Below, in pieces: positions 8,207-15,243 of a DNA stretch of 35,744 nucleotides. Under the pieces are notes generated by a model. That model was not told the DNA's origin. It saw nothing but the letters and a program-made list of their open reading frames with translations, and did not search any database. The stretch lies in the IMG/VR virus record IMGVR_UViG_3300049169_000004, positions 1 to 35,744 of that record; one strand, given 5' to 3'. Both the position numbers and the translations under genes were made by a program. Each line of letters starts with the position of its first letter. The first letter of the stretch is position 1. The stretch is from a virus. Its lineage: Duplodnaviria; Caudoviricetes.

Positions 8207-8571
8207 GCGTCGCTCCCCAGGTAGGCGCGGGCGGCGGCGAGGGCTGCTCGAGCGTCAAGCCGAACATCAGAGACAGGAAGGGGCGCCTTGCTGCGGTCCC
8301 AGTCAGCCGCCGTGGCATCTAGCCAGTCGGCCACGGCGAGCGCAACGGCGGGATGCCACGAGGCGATGTGGGCGGCGTTGTGGCCATCCTCCGGCTGCAC
8401 TCGGCCATTCACCGACGCGATCCACCGGGAGTCTTCCCGCTTGTCGCCTGTCCGTGGGTTGACGCGGGAGCCCTCGGAACCTTCGGCACCAACGCGCCAC
8501 GGCCCCTCGGTCGCGGCCTCGGCGCGCTCCCGCATCAGCGCGGCCGCCTCACGCAGAATCTCGGCGCTCAT
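8203..8571 (-). CDS. Ead/Ea22-like hypothetical protein
   Basis: AEAATEGPW...NAAHIASWHP pattern. Confidence 0.65.
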   Translation of the reverse strand: MSAEILREAAALMRERAEAATEGPWRVGAEGSEGSRVNPRTGDKREDSRWIASVNGRVQPEDGHNAAHIASWHPAVALAVADWLDATAADWDRSKAPLPVSDVRLDARAALAAARAYLGSDA

Positions 8572-8873
8572 GCCGTCCCCTCCTCGCGCATCCTCTGCGC
8601 CTCCTCTGCCTCGACGCGCCGGATGATCTCCTCAGCAGCACTGACCACGAGCGCGTGTTCGGCGTTGGCGTCGGCGAGTTGGCTGGCGATCCGGTTGAGG
8701 CGCCACACCTCGTAGCGCAGAACCTCGTTCTCGGCTTCGACATCGATCGCGTGGCGGCGGGTGTCGAGGGCTTCGGCTCTGTAGTCACCGATGACTGCGG
8801 CGATGGTCAGGGTGCCGAGGAAGGTGAGCGCGTCGGCGGTGAAGGCTGCGAGCGATGGTCGGTGGAGAGTCAT
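8568..8873 (-). CDS. Hypothetical protein with a hydrophobic N-terminus and coiled coil
   Basis: ATGA-coupled; starts MTLHRPS. Confidence 0.6.
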   Translation of the reverse strand: MTLHRPSLAAFTADALTFLGTLTIAAVIGDYRAEALDTRRHAIDVEAENEVLRYEVWRLNRIASQLADANAEHALVVSAAEEIIRRVEAEEAQRMREEGTA

Positions 8874-8974
8874 GGCGTGTCCTCTGGATCGAAGTCGAGG
8901 TTCTGTAGGTCGATGCGCCAGCCAGGTACAGAGGCGAGCAGGACGATGAGGCGGGCGAGCGCGTCGCGGATCAT
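8870..8974 (-). CDS. Small hypothetical protein (34 aa)
   Basis: ATGA overlaps on both sides; RBS GAGG. Confidence 0.5.
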   Translation of the reverse strand: MIRDALARLIVLLASVPGWRIDLQNLDFDPEDTP

Positions 8975-9117
8975 GTGGCGTCCTCGTGCGGCCCAAATGG
9001 GCACTGACGGTCGGTCCGATCCAGCCGTGTGCCGCATGCGGGGCTGGGGCAGCGGGGCGCGGTGTCGACCTCGAGCCACCAGGGATCGCTGGCTGGGTTT
9101 GTGTAGTCGGTGGTCAT
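8971..9117 (-). CDS. Small Cys-containing protein (48 aa)
   Basis: Read manually: MTTDYTNP...CPSPAC...CPFGPH; ATGA overlaps. Confidence 0.55.
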   Translation of the reverse strand: MTTDYTNPASDPWWLEVDTAPRCPSPACGTRLDRTDRQCPFGPHEDAT

Positions 9118-9428
9118 CGCTGCCCCCTAGCGATGCGGGCGGCGACCTCGAACGCGTTGGCCCACGAGTCCAGATCCGGGCGCCTCGGCGGTTTGGTGCT
9201 CAGGTCACGCCCTGCGTTGTGCTGCCGAAAAGCGGTTCGGGCCTCGGCGCGCTTACTGTCGATCCCCTGCGCGATACGCTCCCCCTCGTCGGCGAGCATC
9301 TGCGCGACGACGGGGGCGAGTTTCCATGTCACGTGCTGTGGGTCGGTGCCGCGACAGACGATGCACCGATGCGCCTTCTCCACGGCCTCGGCCAACGTCT
9401 CCCGCTGCTCCGGCGTCAACTCACTCAT
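9114..9428 (-). CDS. Hypothetical protein (MSELTPEQRE...)
   Basis: 3' part of ORF 9114..9737; ATGA overlap. Confidence 0.6.
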   Translation of the reverse strand: MSELTPEQRETLAEAVEKAHRCIVCRGTDPQHVTWKLAPVVAQMLADEGERIAQGIDSKRAEARTAFRQHNAGRDLSTKPPRRPDLDSWANAFEVAARIARGQR

Positions 9429-9604
9429 CGCCCACCCCCCGTGTAGTCGTCGAGGTCCGGCGCGTACTCGGGCAGCGGCTCGATGCGGACGGTGCAGAAC
9501 TCGGTGAGGTAGTAGCCGCCGACGACGATCACGGCGAGCGCGATCCAGACCCAGCCGGGGAGTGCGCTCAGGTCGTGGTAGAGGTTGCGGAGGTTGGTGG
9601 TCAT
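9425..9604 (-). CDS. Small membrane protein (59 aa)
   Basis: One TM segment (WVWIALAVIVVGGYYL); TGATG overlap. Confidence 0.6.
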   Translation of the reverse strand: MTTNLRNLYHDLSALPGWVWIALAVIVVGGYYLTEFCTVRIEPLPEYAPDLDDYTGGGR

Positions 9605-9780
9605 CACCACACCTGCCCAAGCTCGGCCCAAAACTCCACGCCGTCGACGCGGGTACTGGCCGTCTCGTCAACCTCGTTGATGTGGATCTGAGTGCGGTTC
9701 GACCAGGCGATTTCCTGGAGCTTGTCGCGGGTGACATTCACGCGGCGGCGGAAGGATGGACGCGCTGGGAGGCGGGTCAT
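9604..9780 (-). CDS. Small hypothetical protein (58 aa, MTRLPARPSF...)
   Basis: Read manually; coupled on both sides. Confidence 0.55.
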   Translation of the reverse strand: MTRLPARPSFRRRVNVTRDKLQEIAWSNRTQIHINEVDETASTRVDGVEFWAELGQVW

Positions 9781-9974
9781 GCGGACTCACCCCGCCCGGC
9801 AGGCTTCTCGAAGATGAGAATCCAGCGGCCTCGAATGTGGCCGCCGTTCTCCTCGCTCAGGAGCGGTGAGCGGAAGTCGGAGCACCAGTACCGCCCCCCG
9901 TAGCCGTAGTGGCCGTGACGCTTGGCGGGGTGGTCCGAGTGGGTGCAGATCTGGATCGGGGGCGCGGCGCTCAC
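9777..9974 (-). CDS. Hypothetical protein
   Basis: GTGA and ATGA overlaps. Confidence 0.55.
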   Translation of the reverse strand: MSAAPPIQICTHSDHPAKRHGHYGYGGRYWCSDFRSPLLSEENGGHIRGRWILIFEKPAGRGESA

Positions 9975-10099
9975 GACTCGTCACCGGGCTCGGCGTCGAT
10001 GTAGGCGGCCTCGAAGATGCGCCCACCGAACGGTTCTGCTTCCCAGGAGAAGCGCGGCGGGGGAGGGGTGTTAAGTGGTGCTGAGCCGGTGTAGATCAT
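9971..10099 (-). CDS. Small hypothetical protein (42 aa)
   Basis: Read manually (MIYTGSAP...); ATGA overlap. Confidence 0.45.
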   Translation of the reverse strand: MIYTGSAPLNTPPPPRFSWEAEPFGGRIFEAAYIDAEPGDES

Positions 10100-10359
10100 C
10101 GGGCCACCGCCTTGCGGCCGAACGTGCTGATCCACACGCGGTTGTGATCGGCCCAGTCATAGAACGAGTCCCAAGGCTGGTCCCACTCGTCACCATCGGT
10201 CGTTTCGGCAAGGTCGTCGGCGATGCTCTGCAACTCGCCGTCCTGCTCGTTCGGGTCAAGGGCACGGATGCGCCGCACCATCTCGTCGCGCTTTTCCTCG
10301 AACGGCATGTCGGCGTGGAACACGTCCGACAAGTCGAGGGTTTGGGACCATCGGTTCAT
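10096..10359 (-). CDS. Acidic hypothetical protein (MNRWSQTLDL...YDWADHNRVWI)
   Basis: RBS AAAGGAAG upstream of the ATG at 10359. Confidence 0.65.
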   Translation of the reverse strand: MNRWSQTLDLSDVFHADMPFEEKRDEMVRRIRALDPNEQDGELQSIADDLAETTDGDEWDQPWDSFYDWADHNRVWISTFGRKAVAR

Positions 10360-10519
10360 TGCTAGACTTCCTTTCGATACGTTGAACGCCGGTCTCTGCT
10401 GTGGTGGTGGGGCCGGCGTTCTGCTGTTGTGATGTATGGGTGGCGGGCCGGGGACGATCCGGCCCGCCGTTCCTCGCTGCGCGGTGATGGAGGGCACGCG
10501 GCGGCGAGGGGGCTTGGGG

Positions 10520-11089
10520 TTACGCCGAGTCGGCCAGATCCGTCGCGCAGAGACGGTCGAAGCAGCGCGACTTCTTCGGGCCTCCGGTGCGCCCGTTTGC
10601 GCGGACCCGGATCTCGCCGGTCTCATCGACGTCATGGCGGGGACGGTGGTCGGCATGCTCGCTGCGGGTGATCTCGGCGTCTTCCCAGCGGAGGGCGACG
10701 CGCGTGGCGCCGACACGACGGCCCTCGTCGTGCTTGACGGCGACCTCCTGCATCTTGCGAGGCACCGCGTCGCCGATCCATCGCACCTTGTAGCTTTCAC
10801 CGTCGCGGGAGTCGACCAGCACGACGGTCAGGTACGCCTCGCCAGAACGGGTCCGCCCAAACTGGGGCTTGCTCTTGGGGTGGATGGAGAGGGTGCCGCC
10901 GGGGACGGGGATGTTGGCGAAGTTCTCGCGGGCGTCCTGTGCGATTCGGCACTGGAAGCGCAGGTCGTTCGGCGCACCCTGGCCGTTGTTGAGTGCGTTG
11001 GCGAGCATCTTGCGCTCCCACGCCGGTCGAGCCTCCTGGCCCTTGATGGAGAACCGGACGGCCCCCCTCATCGTGAAGACATCGGTCAT
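10520..11089 (-). CDS. Hypothetical protein
   Basis: 189 aa ORF with RBS GAAGGA and an ATGA overlap. Confidence 0.6.
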   Translation of the reverse strand: MTDVFTMRGAVRFSIKGQEARPAWERKMLANALNNGQGAPNDLRFQCRIAQDARENFANIPVPGGTLSIHPKSKPQFGRTRSGEAYLTVVLVDSRDGESYKVRWIGDAVPRKMQEVAVKHDEGRRVGATRVALRWEDAEITRSEHADHRPRHDVDETGEIRVRANGRTGGPKKSRCFDRLCATDLADSA

Positions 11090-11829
11090 TGATCTGTTCC
11101 TTCCAGGGTCTGAATCGCGGAATTGAGGATGGCGACGAGTCGCTGCTTCGCCTTGGGCGAGAGGGTGGAGACGTTCTTGGGGGTGAGGGAGCGCCGGACG
11201 ATCGACGCGAAGGCGTTGATAAGCTCGGCCTCTTGGTGCTTGCGCTCCCGAGTGCCGGCCTCGGCGGGCGCGGGGCCGGCGGGCTGGCCGGACTTCTCAC
11301 GGGCCTTGCGGGCGACGTTGGCGCGGGACAGGTTGCCCTCGGCCTTGGCCTTTTCGAGCGCGGCGTCGAAGTCTTCAATGGACTGGAAGCCGTCTGTCAG
11401 GTGGTAGATGCCTGGCTGCCCGTGGCCCGCCCCGCTGAGTTCCTGCTTACTGGCGAACTCAGACGGACTGGTCAAAGTTGGTGTGCCAGTCGTTGATCGG
11501 CGTTCGCCGCCATGGCTCGCAACCGTCCCCTCGGCCTGCCCTTTTCGGATGCTCTTGCCGAGCGCGTACTCAGCGCGGCGCACCATTTCCTGCGCGTCGA
11601 GCTGGATCTCCTTGGACAGGTGGAGTTGCTTAGTCGCCTCGGCAGCGGTGGCGATCTCCGCCTTGGCGCGAGCGATCTGCTCGGGGCCGGTCATCTCTAC
11701 GCAGGTAGACAGCCATGAGCGGGCCTGCTCCAGGTAGCCGATGACACTGACCGCAGAGGACTGGTCAACCGTGGCCAGAGCGGTGCTGGACTCGACGATC
11801 TCGCCGGTCTGCATGTTGAGGTGGGTCAT
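11086..11829 (-). CDS. Helical hypothetical protein (EMVRRAE motif)
   Basis: 247 aa ORF with ATGA overlaps and phage-like codon usage. Confidence 0.7.
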   Translation of the reverse strand: MTHLNMQTGEIVESSTALATVDQSSAVSVIGYLEQARSWLSTCVEMTGPEQIARAKAEIATAAEATKQLHLSKEIQLDAQEMVRRAEYALGKSIRKGQAEGTVASHGGERRSTTGTPTLTSPSEFASKQELSGAGHGQPGIYHLTDGFQSIEDFDAALEKAKAEGNLSRANVARKAREKSGQPAGPAPAEAGTRERKHQEAELINAFASIVRRSLTPKNVSTLSPKAKQRLVAILNSAIQTLEGTDQ

Positions 11830-12041
11830 GCCGCACCCCGCCGACGCTTGCGAGCCGTGGGTGCCTCGGGCTTCATCGAGTCGACGAGGCGGCGGCGGTC
11901 CTCGTTGCTGTACCGGAAGCCGGCGCGGCCACCCAGCTCGATACCGATGCCGAGGACGGCGGCCTTACGGCGGATGGTCTTAGGTGAGATGCCGAACTCA
12001 GCGGCAAGGTCGCTCGTGGTGAAGGGATACTCGCGGTTCAT
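11826..12041 (-). CDS. HTH DNA-binding protein (excisionase/MerR-like)
   Basis: TTSDLAAEFGISPKTIRR...GFRYS. Confidence 0.7.
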   Translation of the reverse strand: MNREYPFTTSDLAAEFGISPKTIRRKAAVLGIGIELGGRAGFRYSNEDRRRLVDSMKPEAPTARKRRRGAA

Positions 12042-12214
12042 GCGTTCTCCTGGGCCTGGTGGCGGCGAAGGGACTCAAGGTCGACGAGCCGGATCGCTTT
12101 GACCCGCTCGGACTCAATGAGCCGGACCACATCCCAGGGCTTCGCGCCGATGATCTGCGCAGCCTGTGCAATGGAGACGTACCCGGCTGGTGGTGGAGTG
12201 TTGGTGGCTTCCAC
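12038..12214 (-). CDS. Small HTH protein, Cro/Xis-like; first gene of the early operon (58 aa)
   Basis: Read manually: MEATNTPPPAGYVSIAQAAQIIGAKPWDVVRLIES...; ATGA overlap with the next gene; divergent from the repressor. Confidence 0.65.
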   Translation of the reverse strand: MEATNTPPPAGYVSIAQAAQIIGAKPWDVVRLIESERVKAIRLVDLESLRRHQAQENA

Positions 12215-12226
12215 GGTTACTTATGT

Positions 12227-12314
12227 CCCCCTTAGTGGCCTTCGTGGCCCCTTGCGGGGCCTTGTGTACGTAAGTAATACGCCACTTTGGGGGCACATGC
12301 AACCACCATGGGGG
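12227..12314. promoter_or_regulatory. Four candidate operators (CCMC-N4-GGGG) overlapping a leftward early promoter
   Basis: Sites at 12227, 12248, 12282 and 12303. Minus-strand TTGCAT-17-TATTAC at 12302-12274 has one site in its spacer. Confidence 0.55.
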
Positions 12315-12411
12315 ATTTTTCCGCGTGTCGTTACGCGTCGTGCTGATCTGTGCCACGCTCACCTAAGGCCAGGCCGGGGGGCTATGGGGCCAGAGAGCAG
12401 GGGGCACCGAT

Positions 12412-12828
12412 ATGCGCACGTTGAGAAGTGCGGCAGACTTGCCGACCGTGGACGATGACGAGCAGCGGCAGCGCCGTGCCCAAGAAATCCAGCGTCGCCT
12501 AGAAGCACTGGGCATCGGCGACCGGGAGTTTCACCGAGCGACGGGCATCGACCGCAAGACGCTGAACCGCGCAGTCCAGGCGAATCCGAGCACTAGGCCG
12601 TCCACCTATGCCGCGATCGAAGCGGGCTTGACGAAGCTAGAGGAACACATGACCCCGCCGATGCCGCCGCCCACCGAGGGTGGACCGGGCACCGTCACAT
12701 TCAAGCTGACTGGGAACTTTGGGGTCGACGTTGTAGTGCAAGGCCCGGTCGAGAATCTCGACGAGCTTGAGGCGTCAGTCGAGAAACTGCTGCGCGGAAT
12801 GCGCAACCCGTCCACTGATGACCAGTAA
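12412..12828 (+). CDS. Immunity repressor (XRE HTH); the start may be the GTG at 12448
   Basis: EIQRRLEALGIGDREFHRATGIDRKTLNRA HTH; divergent from the early operon; close to the integrase. Confidence 0.75.
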   Translation: MRTLRSAADLPTVDDDEQRQRRAQEIQRRLEALGIGDREFHRATGIDRKTLNRAVQANPSTRPSTYAAIEAGLTKLEEHMTPPMPPPTEGGPGTVTFKLTGNFGVDVVVQGPVENLDELEASVEKLLRGMRNPSTDDQ

Positions 12829-12854
12829 GTCACGTTTCGCGAAGGTCTAGCGGT

Positions 12855-12877
12855 TTGTCGGTGCCCCGAATTAGGCT
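12855..12877 (+). promoter_or_regulatory. PafBC/RecA-NDp-type DNA-damage promoter
   Basis: TTGTCGGTG-N8-TAGGCT matches the tTGTCRgtg-8nt-TAnnnT consensus exactly. Confidence 0.7.
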
Positions 12878-12933
12878 CCTACGTGAGCCACCCCACTCGG
12901 GGGGCCAGGGTCTAGAAGGGGGCTCCGCTAGAC

Positions 12934-13155
12934 GTGTACGCCGTTCAGTACGTAGCAGACGACGAACTACCATGCGGGCGAGAGTGGGTGATGGTCCGCA
13001 CTCGCGGTCAGGTCGTGCTGTTCCTCAAGGAGTCGGCAGTGTGTCCACGTGTGCTTGAAGAAGCGTGGGCAGGCTTCCGAGCACTCGAGCCGCGAGACTC
13101 GATCCCTGAGCAGCGCAGCCTGGCACGGAGGCTGGCACTAGCTCTCCCCGGCTGA
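12934..13155 (+). CDS. Small protein, candidate damage-induced antirepressor
   Basis: 73 aa ORF with a purine-rich RBS, downstream of the PafBC-type promoter, between repressor and integrase. Confidence 0.6.
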   Translation: MYAVQYVADDELPCGREWVMVRTRGQVVLFLKESAVCPRVLEEAWAGFRALEPRDSIPEQRSLARRLALALPG

Positions 13156-13200
13156 CCGGCTGGCCCCTGTCCGACTGGAGGGCGGGCAGCGGCGAGTGAG

Positions 13201-14295
13201 TCAGTCGAGCTCGGGTACGTTTGGGCCGAACGCCAATGATGCGGCGCGCGCTGCCATCATCTGAGCGTCGGGCAGTAGTGATGAGTAGGTGTCGACGGTC
13301 GTCTTGATGGACTCATGCCCCAGGCGTGCCTGCACGACATGGATCGGCACCCCTGCGCCCAGAAGCACGGACGCATGGGAGTGGCGCAGGTCGTGGATCC
13401 TTGGCCGCGGGCGTAGATGCTGTACGGCCGGCAGCCAGTAGCGCGACCAGAACGTGCGATGCAGTACCGGCCCACCGCGGTGCGCGGTGAACACAAGCTC
13501 GTCGCCCGCCTTACCCTCACACGCGGCCCGGAGGTCGTCTAGCATCACGTCGCCCACCACGACGGTTCGGTTCGACTTCTTCGTCTTTGTCGTGCCGACG
13601 ACCCGCTTGTTGTCCGGTGACCACTTGAGCGCCCGCCGGATACGGACGTTCGGCAGGTTCACGTCCTGTACTTGCAGTGCGACCGCTTCGCCCCAACGAC
13701 AGCCGGTGCCGTAGAGGAATCGGGCTAGCGGCTGGTAGTGCGCGGGGAACTTGGCTATGATGTCCACGAACTCAGCCGGGGTGATGATGCGCATCTCGGC
13801 CTGGTCGGCGTGCTTGCCTGCTGGCAGCGGCAGTCCGCGGGCGATGTTCTCTGTTAGGTATCCGAGCCTCACCGCCCTGCCCATGACACCTGAGAGCAGA
13901 CCGCGCTGGTTCTCGAGGCTCTTGCGCGAGTAGGTCTTACCGAGGGTCATCACGGCGCGCGACAGATGGTCCTCAGTGACTCGGTTCGCAGGGAGGTGGC
14001 CGACCAGCGGACCCCAGGTGCGCGCCCATAGCCGCTCGTAGTTGAGCCGCGTCCCGTCCGTGGTGTTCGCCCGGAGCTGGATGTAGTCGGCTGCAACCTC
14101 GCTGAGCGTCTGCACGGTCGCGTCTTGCTCGGACTCGTAGAGCTGGTCAAGGGCGCCCTGTGGACCCAGCGCGTCGAGCCATTTGGCGAAGCGTTGAGCC
14201 TCGCGCTTGGTGTCAAACGTCTCCGATGACTGCCTGCCGGCGTGCCTGAACCGGACCTTGTAACGGCCCCCGGAAGTGGTCTCCACTGTCCTCAT
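13201..14295 (-). CDS. int: Tyrosine integrase
   Basis: TGCRWGE, KT, HDLRH, LGH and TY catalytic residues. Likely start is the ATG at 14295, 6 nt after a TACACT -10 (leaderless). Confidence 0.95.
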   Translation of the reverse strand: MRTVETTSGGRYKVRFRHAGRQSSETFDTKREAQRFAKWLDALGPQGALDQLYESEQDATVQTLSEVAADYIQLRANTTDGTRLNYERLWARTWGPLVGHLPANRVTEDHLSRAVMTLGKTYSRKSLENQRGLLSGVMGRAVRLGYLTENIARGLPLPAGKHADQAEMRIITPAEFVDIIAKFPAHYQPLARFLYGTGCRWGEAVALQVQDVNLPNVRIRRALKWSPDNKRVVGTTKTKKSNRTVVVGDVMLDDLRAACEGKAGDELVFTAHRGGPVLHRTFWSRYWLPAVQHLRPRPRIHDLRHSHASVLLGAGVPIHVVQARLGHESIKTTVDTYSSLLPDAQMMAARAASLAFGPNVPELD

Positions 14296-14316
14296 AACAG
14301 CAGTGTAGGGCGGCTC

Positions 14317-14558
14317 CTGTGTATTTCTGTGTACCGGAGCCGCCCTACATAGCCTCTGACCTGCGTGCGCGAGGGGGGAGTTGAACCCCATTCGCTCAAT
14401 GCGCTGACCTGCACACATGCCGTTTCACCTGCGGTTTTGCCTCCAAATAACGCCGTTGTAGTTCGTTGATATCCGCAAAAGTGTGTACCAGTACACAGGA
14501 AGTCGTTGACAGAGTGCACCCCCATGCCCCACAGTGGGGGCATAGACCACCAGTACAC
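14317..14558. repeat. Candidate integrase arm-type sites flanking the attP core
   Basis: TGTGTA(C)/GTACAC copies at about 14318, 14328, 14482, 14491 and 14553; CTGACCTGC flanks both sides of the core. Confidence 0.5.
14365..14389 (-). other. attP common core, matching the 3' end of a tRNA (probably tRNA-Leu)
   Basis: Minus strand GGGGTTCAACTCCCCCCTCGCGCAC is a T-arm plus acceptor 3' strand; no tRNA 5' half is present; lies beside int. Confidence 0.8.
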
Positions 14559-14666
14559 GGGGGAATAATGGACCACGAGACACCGGCACGCGAGCCACCA
14601 TCACAGCCCTAGACCGTTCGCGCCCATCCCTTGCGGGCAGCGAATCGAGCCGGGGGGAGCACGAAG

Positions 14667-14702
14667 CAGCGCCTCTCTCCGGGGGAACAGAGAGAGGCGC
14701 TG
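14667..14702. terminator. 13-bp perfect hairpin
   Basis: CAGCGCCTCTCTC / GAGAGAGGCGCTG. Confidence 0.45.
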
Positions 14703-14733
14703 TGCTCGTTCAGTCCATCTACGGGGAGCCCCA

Positions 14734-14880
14734 ATGACCCTCACCACCCGCCTAGCCCACCTCGCCGCAGCCCGCGAGCAGGCCGCCTACCGCCGCCGTG
14801 TCGCCGCGTTCGGACTGCCGGCTCTGCTTGCGCCGTACACGCGCCGGGTTGTGCGCCTGCCGCGTCAGCGTCAGTCCTAG
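14734..14880 (+). CDS. Small basic protein (48 aa, MTLTTRLAHL...)
   Basis: Read manually; GGGGAG RBS; followed by a strong hairpin. Confidence 0.55.
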   Translation: MTLTTRLAHLAAAREQAAYRRRVAAFGLPALLAPYTRRVVRLPRQRQS

Positions 14881-14888
14881 AACGCAAG

Positions 14889-14926
14889 CAACCCCCCTCC
14901 TGGCCGCGTGGGCAGGAGGGGGGTTG
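14889..14926. terminator. Probable bidirectional terminator between convergent genes
   Basis: Perfect 14-bp stem CAACCCCCCTCCTG / CAGGAGGGGGGTTG. Confidence 0.7.
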
Positions 14927-14940
14927 GCATGTGGTGACGC

Positions 14941-15243
14941 CTATAACACGGTGATCAGATCATTCCCCGCCACCCGATGCAGCACCTCGGGAGCGTCGCC
15001 GACCTTGACCCACAACGCTTGCCGCGCGCCGATTTGGTCAGCGGAGTCGATCAGCAGTGACGCCTTCGCGGTCCCGGCGCTGGGGAACGTGAGCTCGTCG
15101 GGTGCCTGCCAGGTGGTCGGTTTGGCGTCGAGGGTGCCGAGCCCGACCGTGATCGTCGCGGCGTCGAGTGCCTGCCCGTCGCTCTCGGTGATGGTGGCGG
15201 TCACGTACTCCGCGCCGCCCGAGGTTACGTCGATGGTTCTCAC
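14941..15243 (-). CDS. Small beta-rich protein, putative fibre adaptor
   Basis: GTGA-coupled to the large fibre gene; Ig-like strand pattern. Confidence 0.6.
   Translation of the reverse strand: MRTIDVTSGGAEYVTATITESDGQALDAATITVGLGTLDAKPTTWQAPDELTFPSAGTAKASLLIDSADQIGARQALWVKVGDAPEVLHRVAGNDLITVL

Noticed and set aside
12114-12362. 82-aa minus-strand ORF from the track
   Set aside because: It overlaps the operator region; the alternative frame 12038..12214 gives an HTH protein coupled to the next gene.
14296-14418. N-terminal extension of the integrase in the ORF track
   Set aside because: It runs across attP; a -10 box and ATG at 14295 give a better start.
14365-14420. Complete tRNA gene
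   Set aside because: Only the T-arm and 3' acceptor strand are present, so it is interpreted as the attP core.
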